From assembly GCA_035297625.1 (NCBI GenBank), contig DATGYU010000316.1, forward strand, positions 1 to 61,886: a stretch of 61,886 nucleotides of DNA. Direction: 5' to 3'. How positions within the stretch are numbered: the stretch's first letter is position 1; each line of letters starts with the position of its first letter. Below are positions 27,892 through 38,570 of the stretch, piece after piece. The DNA is from Prolixibacteraceae bacterium. Lineage in GTDB: Bacteria > Bacteroidota > Bacteroidia > Bacteroidales > Prolixibacteraceae. The notes under the pieces were generated by a model that saw only the letters and a program-made list of their open reading frames with translations, ran no database searches and was not told where the DNA came from. Position numbers and translations under genes: made by a program.

Positions 27892-30800
27892 ATGAGTAAA
27901 GTAAAATCATATTTAAGGAAAACATTAAAAGTAATCATGTGGATAATTATAAGCATTGTGCTTATACTACTTCTTGTGGCCATACTCATCCAGATTCCTG
28001 CTATCCAAAACAAGATTGTTCATTATGCTACATCCTATGTAAGCGATAAAACCCACACCAAAGTGGAGCTAAAACATATCAGTATTGCATTTCCCAAATC
28101 CATAGTCATTGAAGGGCTGTTTCTGGAAGATGAGCATAAGGACACCTTGATTTTTGCCGGCAAGGCCAAGGTAAATATTGCCTTTAAGGATTTGATGAAT
28201 AACAAGATAACGATCAACTCCTTCGATCTGGAAGATGTTAACCTCAATCTGTATAATACGGATAAGGATTCGCTGTTCAATTATAATTTCCTTATGACCG
28301 CATTTGCGGATACCACAGCAGCGGCGGCGCCATCGGATACAACAGCTTCTTCGTGGACTTTCAGCATCGAAGATATTTCCATGAAAAATATACGACTGCG
28401 TTATGACGACAATTACGGAGGCATGAACGTAAAGGCCAGCCTGCGTAACATGGAACTGGCAATGAATCAGCTGGATCTTGAACATTCAACCTACGGCATT
28501 GACAACCTGCTGGTTGACAACTTGTCTGCCGGAGTGCTGATGAAACAGTCCCACTATGCGCAAAGTACATCAGACACAACAAGCGTGCTGCCTAAAATTT
28601 TAGCAAATGAAATTGAAATCAGAGGCTCAAAAATAGACTTTAATGATTCAGTAGGCAGGCTTGGGGTAAAGGCTGTAATCAACGATTTTAAACTAAAAAA
28701 GGGCAATGTGGATTTGCAAAAACAAACCGTTGACATTAATAGCTTAATTTTAAACAAAAGCCAAATCCGGTACCAGACTTCCGATGTGGCCTTAAAGCCT
28801 GATTCACTGCCGGAGCATGCGGCAAAGAAAGTGGTGGAAGAACCCAAAAGCGACTGGCAGGTCAAAGTTGGCAGCATTAGAGCAGAGGACAACTCGCTGG
28901 CTTACATGGTGGGCGAAAAACAGGCCACGGGCAACTCTTTCAACAACAATCATCTTGAATACAACCAGTTAACCCTTCACGCCGACAGTTTGAACTATTC
29001 GCCGCAGCAGACCAGAATATCCATAGCCGAATTTCACACTGTGGACCAGAATGGCTTTAAGATCAATCAGTTCAAGGCCGACTTTCGCATGGATGAACAT
29101 TCCATCACAGCACAGTCCATTGTATTTGAAACGCCTTATTCTGCCATGGACGGCGACTTCAGCATCGCCTATGATTCGCTGGCTGCTTTAACGGGTGGCA
29201 TGAAATTTAACAACCTTAATGCCGACATCAGAAATCTAAAGATCAGCAATGCCGATATTCTTTATTTTAATCCAACCCTTATACAGCAGCCTTATTTTAA
29301 GAACAGGACCGCTACCACCACCATGCAGGGAAAGGTAACCGGTTCTATGGATAACCTGACGGGCAAAGGGGTTAAAGTGCGTGCAGGGAGCAATACCCTC
29401 CTGGCCACCGATTTCAACATTAAAGGCATGCCGGATTATAAAACGGCCTGGTATGATTTCCCTGATTTAAGAATGACTTCCGGGCGCAAAGATATCCTCG
29501 CGATGGCAGGTCCTTATATTCCCGACAGCATCGCTCTGCCAGAGAACATCAGCATGGAAGCTACATTTAAAGGCAGGATGAAAGCCTTTGAATCAGCTAT
29601 TCATGCAAAAAGCAGCTTTGGAGATGCCAGCCTGCTGGCTTCCCTTGACCCGCAGGAGAATTTCACTGCCAAGGTTAACATCCCGGGCTTTAATGTGGGC
29701 CTTTTGATGAACGATACAGTTATGTATGGCCCGGTGTCCTTAACCGCCCAGGCTGAAGGTCATGGACTGGACATAAATACCATCCAGGGAAACATTAAGG
29801 CGGATGTATCGCAAATCTATCTCAACAAGTATATGTACCATAACCTGGCAATGAATGGATCTGTCGCAGGTCGTCAGTTTGAAGGGAAGGTGAATATGAA
29901 TGACGAGAATGCCGTGTTTGATTTCGATGGACTTGTAAACATGAACCCCGACCACGAACAATATAAGTTTAAGCTGAATGTTGAAGGATTAGATCTGAAA
30001 AAGCTCAAGCTGACAGAAGACAACATTCAGTTGAGCATGATTGCCACAGCTGATATGAAAGGGGGTACCTTTGACAAGATGAATGGCAAGGCCGGGATTA
30101 CCAATATCATTGTAGCCAAAGACGGCGAGAAATATCAGCTTGACTCACTGCTTTCGGCAACAGTAAATGAACCCAATAAAAGTGAAATCAATGTGAACAG
30201 CGCCCTGATTGACATTGATTACAAGGGGACGCTCTCACCCATCGCACTGCCTGATCTGCTCGAACGCTTTATCAACAACTATTTCCCTGTTTCAGATTCA
30301 TTAGAGCCTCCAAAGGATGATAAACCTTCTGATTTTAAATTTGAAATCAAGGTTCACAACCATCCCATCCTTTCAAAAGTACTCTTACCCGAGCTGACAG
30401 AATTTGAACCGGGAATCATAAAGGGAAGTTTTGACAGTGAAAAGAACGATCTGAAACTAAGTGCCGAAATGCGAAAGATCGTTTATGGATCCATTGAAAT
30501 TAATGATTTTGCCCTGGATGTTAACACCACCCGGAATGCATTGGATTATAAGCTCTCCACCAAATCAGTAGGCAACACTTCTGTTAGCTTACAAAATTTC
30601 ACATTGGAGGGTAGCCTGAAAGACAGTACCATTTATGCCAATGTATCTTCTATGGATGGCAATAAAAGAAAGATACTTGTCAATTCAGAAATCACCAAAG
30701 ATGACAAGAACTATAAGTTTACCATCGACCCCAGGAATTTCTATATAGCCAACTACCAGTGGACCATTGACAAAGACAATTTCATTGAATTTGGGGACCG

Positions 30801-32907
30801 GGGGCTAAAGATCCACCGTTTTTTCATCAACCATAAGGACAGCAAGCTGAACATCGCTTCAGCAAACGACCGCTTCAATGATGATCTGAATATCGGTATC
30901 AATAATTTCAAGCTGGAAGAGATCTCCCAGATTATTGAGAAAGACACCAGCCTCGTAAAAGGGGAAGTCAATGGCAATGTGCTGCTAAAAAGGGTAGCCC
31001 AGTCTTATGGTTTGATCTCGGACATTAAGGTGGACAACCTTATTTTCCGACAGATACCTATTGGCAACCTGACCCTAAAAGCAGAAAACCCAACAGGAAA
31101 CCGCTTCGATGTCAACATGGGCATTAGTGGACAGGATAATAATATTTCAGTGACCGGCAATTATGTCTCTGAAAACAATATCAATTCCTTCAACATCAAA
31201 ACTGACATTCAGTCACTTTCCATGAAGACCGTAGAGGCTTTTTCAATGGGACAAATCACCCAGGCGGAAGGAAAGCTGACAGGAAATTTTCTATTGGAAG
31301 GAACAACGGATGCCCCGCAGATAACTGGGCGGCTGGGATTTAACAACGTATTTATGAAACCTGCTTATTTGAACACCCGTTTAGAGATAAAAGATGAAAC
31401 TATTGAGCTTCGAAATGACGGAATCTACTTCAACACCTTCACCTTGGCCGATGCCGCTCACCATACGGCAGTGATTGACGGATCGGTAAAGATGAAACAG
31501 TTCTCTGATTATGTCTTTGCCCTTGAAGTCAACTCCACGGATTTCCTCTTGTTCAATACTACGGCAAAGGACAACAAGAATTTCTTTGGAAGGATGATCA
31601 TTGACAGTAAAATTAATGTGGATGGTCCATTGGAACTTCCCCATGTCAATGCAAGGGTTAAGATGAAAAAAGGATCCAACTTTACCTTTTCTGTTCCTGA
31701 AGAACAGGTAACGGCGGACAAGGGAGAAGATGTTGTAGAATTTATTAACCGGGAAGAGCTAAACCCCATTTTAACCAAAGCAGAAGAACAGGCAAAACAG
31801 ACCACAGGCATGAGAGGATTTGACCTTTCATCCATTATACAGATTGACAAGGAGGCCACCTTGCGGCTGCTGATGGACCCGGCCTCTTCGGACTCACTGG
31901 TTGTAAAAGGAGAAGCAGCCTTAAGTTTTACCATGGACCCCAGCGGCAAGATGAGCCTTACGGGCAATTATGACCTTAGTGAAGGCAGTTACCTGGTATC
32001 TTTTGAATCGGTCATCAAACGAAAGTTTGATATTGCCTCAGGAAGTACCATTACCTGGAATGGTGATCCGATGGATGCCACCATATCCATTGATGCTATT
32101 TATACCGTCAGAACTTCGCCCACTGATCTGGTAACGGCGCAAGGTTCAGGCGCCGGCAGTGGAGAAACTGCCAAGGAAAGCGATAACAAGCGTTATCCTT
32201 TTCAGGTTTTGCTCAAGCTAAGGGGAGAAATATTAAAACCCCAGATTAGCTTTGAAATCCAGTTACCCACAGATGAAATGGGAAAAGCAGGACCAGAGGT
32301 GGTGAACAAACTGGCCATGCTGAATGAAGATGAGTCAGCCCTTAACAAACAGGTCTTTGCCTTGCTGGTACTGGGCCGGTTCATTCAGGAGGATCCATTT
32401 GCAACATCAGGAGGTGGCACTTCCACCCTGGTACGCTCAACGGTGAGTAAATTCCTTTCTGCCCAGTTAAACCAGCTAAGCTCAAAGATGTTGCCCGGCA
32501 CGGAGATAAAATTCGACATTCAATCCTATGATGAAGGCAAGGGAGCAGGCGCACAAGGAAGGACCGATGTCGAGTTTGGCGTAAAGCAGCAACTTTTTAA
32601 TGAACGCATGTCGGTTGAAATAGGTGGTTCGGTAAATGTAGAAGGAGAAGGAAGACCCGCCGGGACCCCCAGCAATATTTCCGGCGATGTAACAGTCGAG
32701 TATAAACTTACCAAGGATGGACGATTTAGGGCGAAAGCATTCAGGCTCAACCAATACGAAGCCCTGGAAGGCCAGATAATAGAAACAGGTGTTGGAGCAG
32801 TTTATGTGAGGGATTTTAATAAGTGGAGCAAATTTTTCAAGCCCCTGAGAAACAGAAGTGATTCACAAACTATACCAAAGAAAAATGACACCATCGGTCA
32901 AAAGTAA
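27892..32907 (+). CDS. tamB: Translocation and assembly module TamB (DUF490) protein
   Basis: N-terminal TM anchor, long beta-rich body, C-terminal KQVFALLVLGRF and VEYKLTKDGRFR; adjacent to an Omp85 gene. Confidence 0.85.
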   Translation: MSKVKSYLRKTLKVIMWIIISIVLILLLVAILIQIPAIQNKIVHYATSYVSDKTHTKVELKHISIAFPKSIVIEGLFLEDEHKDTLIFAGKAKVNIAFKDLMNNKITINSFDLEDVNLNLYNTDKDSLFNYNFLMTAFADTTAAAAPSDTTASSWTFSIEDISMKNIRLRYDDNYGGMNVKASLRNMELAMNQLDLEHSTYGIDNLLVDNLSAGVLMKQSHYAQSTSDTTSVLPKILANEIEIRGSKIDFNDSVGRLGVKAVINDFKLKKGNVDLQKQTVDINSLILNKSQIRYQTSDVALKPDSLPEHAAKKVVEEPKSDWQVKVGSIRAEDNSLAYMVGEKQATGNSFNNNHLEYNQLTLHADSLNYSPQQTRISIAEFHTVDQNGFKINQFKADFRMDEHSITAQSIVFETPYSAMDGDFSIAYDSLAALTGGMKFNNLNADIRNLKISNADILYFNPTLIQQPYFKNRTATTTMQGKVTGSMDNLTGKGVKVRAGSNTLLATDFNIKGMPDYKTAWYDFPDLRMTSGRKDILAMAGPYIPDSIALPENISMEATFKGRMKAFESAIHAKSSFGDASLLASLDPQENFTAKVNIPGFNVGLLMNDTVMYGPVSLTAQAEGHGLDINTIQGNIKADVSQIYLNKYMYHNLAMNGSVAGRQFEGKVNMNDENAVFDFDGLVNMNPDHEQYKFKLNVEGLDLKKLKLTEDNIQLSMIATADMKGGTFDKMNGKAGITNIIVAKDGEKYQLDSLLSATVNEPNKSEINVNSALIDIDYKGTLSPIALPDLLERFINNYFPVSDSLEPPKDDKPSDFKFEIKVHNHPILSKVLLPELTEFEPGIIKGSFDSEKNDLKLSAEMRKIVYGSIEINDFALDVNTTRNALDYKLSTKSVGNTSVSLQNFTLEGSLKDSTIYANVSSMDGNKRKILVNSEITKDDKNYKFTIDPRNFYIANYQWTIDKDNFIEFGDRGLKIHRFFINHKDSKLNIASANDRFNDDLNIGINNFKLEEISQIIEKDTSLVKGEVNGNVLLKRVAQSYGLISDIKVDNLIFRQIPIGNLTLKAENPTGNRFDVNMGISGQDNNISVTGNYVSENNINSFNIKTDIQSLSMKTVEAFSMGQITQAEGKLTGNFLLEGTTDAPQITGRLGFNNVFMKPAYLNTRLEIKDETIELRNDGIYFNTFTLADAAHHTAVIDGSVKMKQFSDYVFALEVNSTDFLLFNTTAKDNKNFFGRMIIDSKINVDGPLELPHVNARVKMKKGSNFTFSVPEEQVTADKGEDVVEFINREELNPILTKAEEQAKQTTGMRGFDLSSIIQIDKEATLRLLMDPASSDSLVVKGEAALSFTMDPSGKMSLTGNYDLSEGSYLVSFESVIKRKFDIASGSTITWNGDPMDATISIDAIYTVRTSPTDLVTAQGSGAGSGETAKESDNKRYPFQVLLKLRGEILKPQISFEIQLPTDEMGKAGPEVVNKLAMLNEDESALNKQVFALLVLGRFIQEDPFATSGGGTSTLVRSTVSKFLSAQLNQLSSKMLPGTEIKFDIQSYDEGKGAGAQGRTDVEFGVKQQLFNERMSVEIGGSVNVEGEGRPAGTPSNISGDVTVEYKLTKDGRFRAKAFRLNQYEALEGQIIETGVGAVYVRDFNKWSKFFKPLRNRSDSQTIPKKNDTIGQK

Positions 32908-35215
32908 ACTGCTATTGCTGCTCCTCAGCCTGCTGATAATTTCATGCAGCGGCACCAAGCATTTACCCAAAGGGGAAAAGCTTTATACCGGGGCAGAGAT
33001 TAAAATGAAATCATCTGAATCGACCGGTATCAAGAAAAAGGCAGAAGCTGCCGCCGAGGCTGCTGTGCGTCCTTTGCCCAACAAGAGCTTTTTGGGCATG
33101 CGGCCTAAATTGTGGATGAATAACATGGCAGGATCTGAACCTAAGACCAAACTGCAAAAGTGGCTTAAAAAGAAAGGGGAAGAACCTGTACTTCTGAGCA
33201 GCGTAAAGCCTGCAGTCACTTCTGAAATCATTGATGCTAAACTATTTAATCTGGGTATATTTAAAAGTTACACTGAATCTAAAGTGATCGAAAATAAACG
33301 GACGGCCAAGGTGGTTTATACCAGTCACATTCACAAGCCTTACATCATTAAAGAACTACTGTACGATATTTCTGATGACAGCATTAGCCGAAAAATACTT
33401 TCCATCAAGAACAAATCATTTATCAAACCGGACAGAAACTATAGCCTTGAAAAACTACAGAACGAGCGCATACGGTTGGATGCTCATTTAAAAAACGAGG
33501 GGTATTTTTATTTCAATCCCGACTATTTGCTTTTTAAGGCAGACACTTCCAGCAAGGACCAATCGGTCACATTAACTTTGACATTAAAAGACAGCATCCC
33601 TCCAAACGCACTGGAAATTTACCACATTAACAACGTGTATGTCGATCAGAATTTTTATTTAAGCCAACAGCGCGAACGCAATACGCAGGATACGGTAATG
33701 ATGAGGGACATTGTATTTTTTGGAAAGAAGGAAAATCTTAGAATTAGACCAAGAGTGCTGTCAAAATCCATCTATTTGCGCAAAGGAGATGTGTTTTCTC
33801 GCCTGAACCATAGCATCACGCTAAACCGGCTGATGTCGATGAATAATTTTAAACTGGTACAGGTAAACTTTGCTACTCCCAAAGATTCATTGCCTGGAAT
33901 GCTGGATGTGAATATTCTGATGACCCCCCTGCCAAGGCGTACCTTTAGGGCTGAAATAGACCTTGTTTCAAAGTCCAATGAATTCTTTGGCCCAAGAATG
34001 AATGTAAGCCTGTTAAACAGAAATACCTTCCGGGGAGCCGAATTACTAAACGTCAATATGGCAGGATCTTTTGAAGCACAGCGGGCAGGAGGGAAAAATT
34101 CGTTTTCCTACTCTTACAATCCACAGATAGAACTGACATTCCCCCGATTTATCTTGCCGTTTAACCTCAAACAATCCAACAGCCTGTATGTACCGAAAAC
34201 CCATATTTTGCTTGACTACCAATACCTAAGACGGGTCAAATATTTTAACATGCGCACCTTCCGCCTGGCTTTTGGATATAAATGGAAAGAAAATATCCGC
34301 AAAGATCATGAATTTAACCCCATCGATATTAGTTATACCTCCATTGGGAGAAGGACTCAGGAATTCGAAGACATTCTAGATTCAATTCCTTTTCTTAGAC
34401 GAAGCTATGAAGAGATGTTCATTCCTGGGGGCAGTTATTCATTCACCTATAACGAGCAGATGCTGCAAGGTAAAAAGATTCAGTTCTACCTGAATCTAAG
34501 ATCAGAGCTTGCCGGAAATTCCTTTGCCTTAATCAGTAAAATTACCGGGAACAAAGTATCCAGGGAAAACCCTGTTAAAATTGCAGGATCAGTCTTCTCG
34601 CAGTATGCGAAAATAAGCCTGGACGGCAGGGCATATTTAAATTTCAGCAGCAAGGACAAGCTGGCCATGCGTCTGTTTGCCGGGGTCGGTAAACCGTATG
34701 GCAACTCGGCCCTTCTGCCTTACAACAAACAATTCTTCAGTGGAGGCCCCAATAGCATCAGGGCATTTCATATCAATTCCATTGGCCCGGGAACTTACAA
34801 TCAACAGGGAAACACCCAGGGTTTCTTACAACTGGGAGGGGAGTTAAAGTTCGAAACCAACCTTGAATACCGCTTTACCATTTACAACTTCTTTAAAGGG
34901 GCACTATTTATGGATGCAGGAAATGTGTGGCTGCTGAAATCCAATCCAGGTACTGTTGAAAATCCCCCCGGCACCCCTGCTCCGTTGGGAAGCCCGTTCA
35001 AATACTCCAATTTCAGAAATGAACTGGCCATGGGGGCCGGCGTGGGCATCAGAATAGATGTCTCTTTCTTTATCTTGCGCTTCGATTTGGCCGCTCCACT
35101 TCGAAAACCCTGGCAGACAGGCAACGAATGGGTAGGCGACGAAATAAGCTTTGGCAGTGCAAAATGGAGAAGAGACAACCTGGTGTTGAATGTGGCCATT
35201 GGATATCCCTTCTAA
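32885..35215 (+). CDS. Omp85-family lipoprotein (TamL/TamA-like)
   Basis: Lipobox IISC; FSGGPNSIRAF, FMDAGNVW, C-terminal AIGYPF; overlaps the tamB stop. Alternative GTG start at 32858. Confidence 0.85.
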   Translation: MTPSVKSKLLLLLLSLLIISCSGTKHLPKGEKLYTGAEIKMKSSESTGIKKKAEAAAEAAVRPLPNKSFLGMRPKLWMNNMAGSEPKTKLQKWLKKKGEEPVLLSSVKPAVTSEIIDAKLFNLGIFKSYTESKVIENKRTAKVVYTSHIHKPYIIKELLYDISDDSISRKILSIKNKSFIKPDRNYSLEKLQNERIRLDAHLKNEGYFYFNPDYLLFKADTSSKDQSVTLTLTLKDSIPPNALEIYHINNVYVDQNFYLSQQRERNTQDTVMMRDIVFFGKKENLRIRPRVLSKSIYLRKGDVFSRLNHSITLNRLMSMNNFKLVQVNFATPKDSLPGMLDVNILMTPLPRRTFRAEIDLVSKSNEFFGPRMNVSLLNRNTFRGAELLNVNMAGSFEAQRAGGKNSFSYSYNPQIELTFPRFILPFNLKQSNSLYVPKTHILLDYQYLRRVKYFNMRTFRLAFGYKWKENIRKDHEFNPIDISYTSIGRRTQEFEDILDSIPFLRRSYEEMFIPGGSYSFTYNEQMLQGKKIQFYLNLRSELAGNSFALISKITGNKVSRENPVKIAGSVFSQYAKISLDGRAYLNFSSKDKLAMRLFAGVGKPYGNSALLPYNKQFFSGGPNSIRAFHINSIGPGTYNQQGNTQGFLQLGGELKFETNLEYRFTIYNFFKGALFMDAGNVWLLKSNPGTVENPPGTPAPLGSPFKYSNFRNELAMGAGVGIRIDVSFFILRFDLAAPLRKPWQTGNEWVGDEISFGSAKWRRDNLVLNVAIGYPF

Positions 35216-35241
35216 GTTTAAAGCTGGCCCTTTCCGGGGCT

Positions 35242-35280
35242 GACTTTAAGGACCTTAAGGTCTTTAAAGTCCTTAAGGCC
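35242..35280 (+). repeat. 9-bp tandem repeat family, copy D
   Basis: GACTTTAAG GACCTTAAG GTCTTTAAA GTCCTTAAG GCC. Confidence 0.65.
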
Positions 35281-35393
35281 CGGCCTGAAGATTGGGCCAA
35301 TTTCCCTGATTACGGAACACTTCCCCTTCCACACCAAGGGGAACAATATTTTCTTAATTTAGGGGCCGTTAAAAAACCTTCTAATATTATATT

Positions 35394-36794
35394 ATGAATT
35401 CTGCTAATTCACTTCGGGAATCAAAATCTGCACGCTGGATAATGCTCTTCCTGGTTTCCTTTACAATGATGTGTATGTATTATCTGACGGATGCCATGGC
35501 TCCGTTGCAGGAAAGGTTACAGGGAAGCCTTTCATGGACCGCCTCCGATTATGGCTTTTTTACAAGCGGCTATGGCTGGTTCAACGTGTTCCTTTTGATG
35601 CTTGTTTTCAGTGGAATGATTCTCGATAAGATGGGGGTGCGCTTTACCGGCGTATTGGGTATCTCCATTATGCTGATCGGTGGATTTATTAAATACTGGG
35701 CCATCTCAGGTCACGTTCAGGGCATGTATGAAATGACAATCCTGGGCACTCAGTTGCTGGCTCCCACTGCAAAATCAGCTGTAGTAGCCGGATTGGGCTT
35801 TGCTATCTTTGGGGTAGGCTGCGAAATGTTCGGTATTGCCGCCAACAAGGCTGTTGTACGCTGGTTCCGCGGCAAGGAAATGGCACTGGCCATTGGGCTG
35901 AACACCTCGACAGGCCGTATCGGTACCGCGCTGGCCATGATCACCCCCATCCCGCTGGTTAAGTTAACAGGGAATATCAGTATGCCTGTTATCGTCTCCC
36001 TTTTCCTGCTGGGCATCGGACTGTTGGTTTTTATTCTTTTCATCTTTATGGACCGTAAACTGGATCAGCAGGATATAGATGCCGGGATGGCCGCGGATGA
36101 AGAATTCAAATTTGCCGATATTGTTGAAATAGGAAAAAACCGTGGATTTTGGTACATCACCGCACTTTGCGTACTATTCTACTCTGCCGTTTTCCCTTTT
36201 ATCAAATATGTCATTAATATGATTGTTCAAAAGTTTGGTATCTCGGATGCTTCTGCAGGCTGGATTCCCTCTTTATTACCTCTCGGTGCATTGCTTTTAA
36301 CTCCTATTTTCGGAAGTATGTTTGACAAAAAAGGAAAAGGCGCCACCATCATGATTATCGGATCTATCCTGTTGGTATTTGTCCACCTGATGTTTTCAAT
36401 CCCCTCATTGAACAGTTACCCCATTGCTATCGCCCTTGTAGTGTTACTTGGGATTGCCTTTTCAATGGTACCCTCGGCCATGTGGCCCTCCATTGCAAAG
36501 ATTATCCCCGAGAGCAAACTGGGAACGGCTTACGCGATGACCTTCTGGGTGCAAAACTGGGGAATTATGGGCGTGCCGCTTTTAATTGGCGTTGTACTGG
36601 ACAAATACTGTATCACAGGTACGATCACCAAATTGGTGGATGGCAAGGAACAGATCATCACCCAATACAACTATATGATCCCCATGCTCATCTTTGCCTG
36701 TTTTGGAATACTGGCTATTGTATTTTCCTTCCTGCTGAAGGCTGAAGACCGCAAAATGGGATACGGCCTTGAAAAACCAAACATTGTAAGATAA
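35394..36794 (+). CDS. MFS transporter, MFSD1-like (putative dipeptide transporter)
   Basis: About 12 TM segments; GMILDKMGVR; WFRGKEMALAIG; LGTAY...QNWG. Confidence 0.85.
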   Translation: MNSANSLRESKSARWIMLFLVSFTMMCMYYLTDAMAPLQERLQGSLSWTASDYGFFTSGYGWFNVFLLMLVFSGMILDKMGVRFTGVLGISIMLIGGFIKYWAISGHVQGMYEMTILGTQLLAPTAKSAVVAGLGFAIFGVGCEMFGIAANKAVVRWFRGKEMALAIGLNTSTGRIGTALAMITPIPLVKLTGNISMPVIVSLFLLGIGLLVFILFIFMDRKLDQQDIDAGMAADEEFKFADIVEIGKNRGFWYITALCVLFYSAVFPFIKYVINMIVQKFGISDASAGWIPSLLPLGALLLTPIFGSMFDKKGKGATIMIIGSILLVFVHLMFSIPSLNSYPIAIALVVLLGIAFSMVPSAMWPSIAKIIPESKLGTAYAMTFWVQNWGIMGVPLLIGVVLDKYCITGTITKLVDGKEQIITQYNYMIPMLIFACFGILAIVFSFLLKAEDRKMGYGLEKPNIVR

Positions 36795-36803
36795 GATATA
36801 AGG

Positions 36804-36938
36804 ATAGGAACGCGGATCCAGCGGATTTAGCGGATCAGCACGGATTTATAAAATTGTATATGTAAATTTTATTCAGGTCTAAATTGTATTTTTTTAATCC
36901 GCTATTATCCGTTAAATCCGCTAAATCCGCGTTCCTAT
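36804..36938. repeat. 135-bp REP/MITE-like element with 14-bp perfect termini and GCGGAT 9-mer arms
   Basis: ATAGGAACGCGGAT ... ATCCGCGTTCCTAT, with internal GCGGATNNN and NNNATCCGC repeats. Confidence 0.75.
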
Positions 36939-36954
36939 TTATATTTTACTTTAT

Positions 36955-36994
36955 AAAAGCCTGCGTTCCATATAAAAGAATGCAGGCTTTTTTT
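36955..36994 (+). terminator. Intrinsic terminator
   Basis: AAAAGCCTGCGTTC / GAATGCAGGC stem followed by T7. Confidence 0.75.
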
Positions 36995-37082
36995 ATGATT
37001 TTCCCACAGGAATAAATTACTTTATTAGTTGTACTTTTATGTCTGCGATTATGAATGATAATTTCATTTAAAAAATAGATAT

Positions 37083-38549
37083 ATGAGCAACGAAATCTCA
37101 AAATTAACTCCCACGGAAGTTTGGGAAAACTTCTATCAGCTGACACGTATTCCACGTCCATCCTATCATGAAGAAGAAGTTCGAAAGTTCATCGGTGACT
37201 TTGGAAGAAGCCTGGGACTTGAAACTTTCCAGGATGAAGCGGGCAACGTGATTATCCGCAAGCCTGCCACCCCAGGAATGGAAAACCGCAAGGGAGTAAT
37301 CCTGCAGGGTCACCTTGACATGGTTCCGCAAAAGAACAGTGATAAGGCTCATGACTTCACCAAGGATCCTATTGAAACCATTATTGATGGGGAATGGGTA
37401 AAAGCCAATGGAACTACCCTGGGTTCAGATAATGGCATTGGGGTAGCAGCCGCTATGGCCGTTTTAGCCTCCAAAAACCTGGCTCACGGCCCTGTTGAAG
37501 CCCTTTTTACCGCCACTGAAGAAACCGGCATGGACGGGGCAAACGGTATTAAACCGGGTATTCTGAAAGGGGATATCCTTTTGAACATGGACTCTGAAGA
37601 TGAAGGCGAACTGTATGTAGGCTGTGCCGGAGGAGAAGATGCCATCGCTCTGTTTAACTTTTCGGAAATGCATACCCCAACTGATACAATCGGCTACCGG
37701 CTGGAAGTGACGGGCCTTAAGGGTGGCCATTCAGGCCTGGATATCGCTCTCGGAAGAGGAAATGCCAACAAAATATTCTTCCGTTTGCTAAAAGAAGTCT
37801 ACAAAACCTGCGGGGTACGCCTGGCTTCCATCAGTGGTGGCAACTTGCGCAATGCCATTCCACGCGAAGCTTTCGGCATCATTGTCGTTCCTTATGAAAA
37901 CGCGGATAAGCTGGTTGGACAAATCGCAGGCCTTACCTCCATTATCAAACGCGAATTGTCGGTTACTGAGCCCACCCTTAAAATTGAATTGGCCAAGGTC
38001 GACAAGCCCGACTACATCATCGACGAACAGACACAGGTCAACCTTACCCATGCCATTGTAGCTTGTCCAAATGGCGCCATCCGCATGAGCGATTCGATGC
38101 CCGGCCTGGTGGAAACTTCTACCAACCTGGCCATCGTAAAATCGGACAATGCCACCAAAACCATCGAGGTTTCCTGCTTAATGCGCAGTTCTGTGGATTC
38201 TGCAAGAGCAGAACTGGGATCCCGCATGGAATCGGTCTTTACCCTGGCCGGCGCCCAGGTAACCCTTAAGGGAGGCTATCCCGGCTGGAAACCCAACATG
38301 GACTCTCCCATTCTGAAAACCATGCAGCAGGTCTACCAGTCAAAATACGGACGTATCCCTGAAATTAAAGCCATTCACGCCGGACTGGAATGTGGTATTC
38401 TTGGCGGTACTTATCCCAACTGGGACATGATCTCCTTTGGCCCAACCATTCGTTTTCCGCATTCACCCGATGAAAAAGTAAATATTGAATCCGTTCAGAA
38501 GTTTTGGGATTTTCTGGTGGAAACACTTAAAAATATTCCGGCTAAATAA
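37083..38549 (+). CDS. pepD: Aminoacyl-histidine dipeptidase PepD (M20C)
   Basis: LQGHLDMV, LGSDNGIG, EETGM, GGHSG, IHAGLECG and HSPDE motifs. Confidence 0.94.
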   Translation: MSNEISKLTPTEVWENFYQLTRIPRPSYHEEEVRKFIGDFGRSLGLETFQDEAGNVIIRKPATPGMENRKGVILQGHLDMVPQKNSDKAHDFTKDPIETIIDGEWVKANGTTLGSDNGIGVAAAMAVLASKNLAHGPVEALFTATEETGMDGANGIKPGILKGDILLNMDSEDEGELYVGCAGGEDAIALFNFSEMHTPTDTIGYRLEVTGLKGGHSGLDIALGRGNANKIFFRLLKEVYKTCGVRLASISGGNLRNAIPREAFGIIVVPYENADKLVGQIAGLTSIIKRELSVTEPTLKIELAKVDKPDYIIDEQTQVNLTHAIVACPNGAIRMSDSMPGLVETSTNLAIVKSDNATKTIEVSCLMRSSVDSARAELGSRMESVFTLAGAQVTLKGGYPGWKPNMDSPILKTMQQVYQSKYGRIPEIKAIHAGLECGILGGTYPNWDMISFGPTIRFPHSPDEKVNIESVQKFWDFLVETLKNIPAK

Positions 38550-38570
38550 ACTTAATCGATCCGCTTAATG

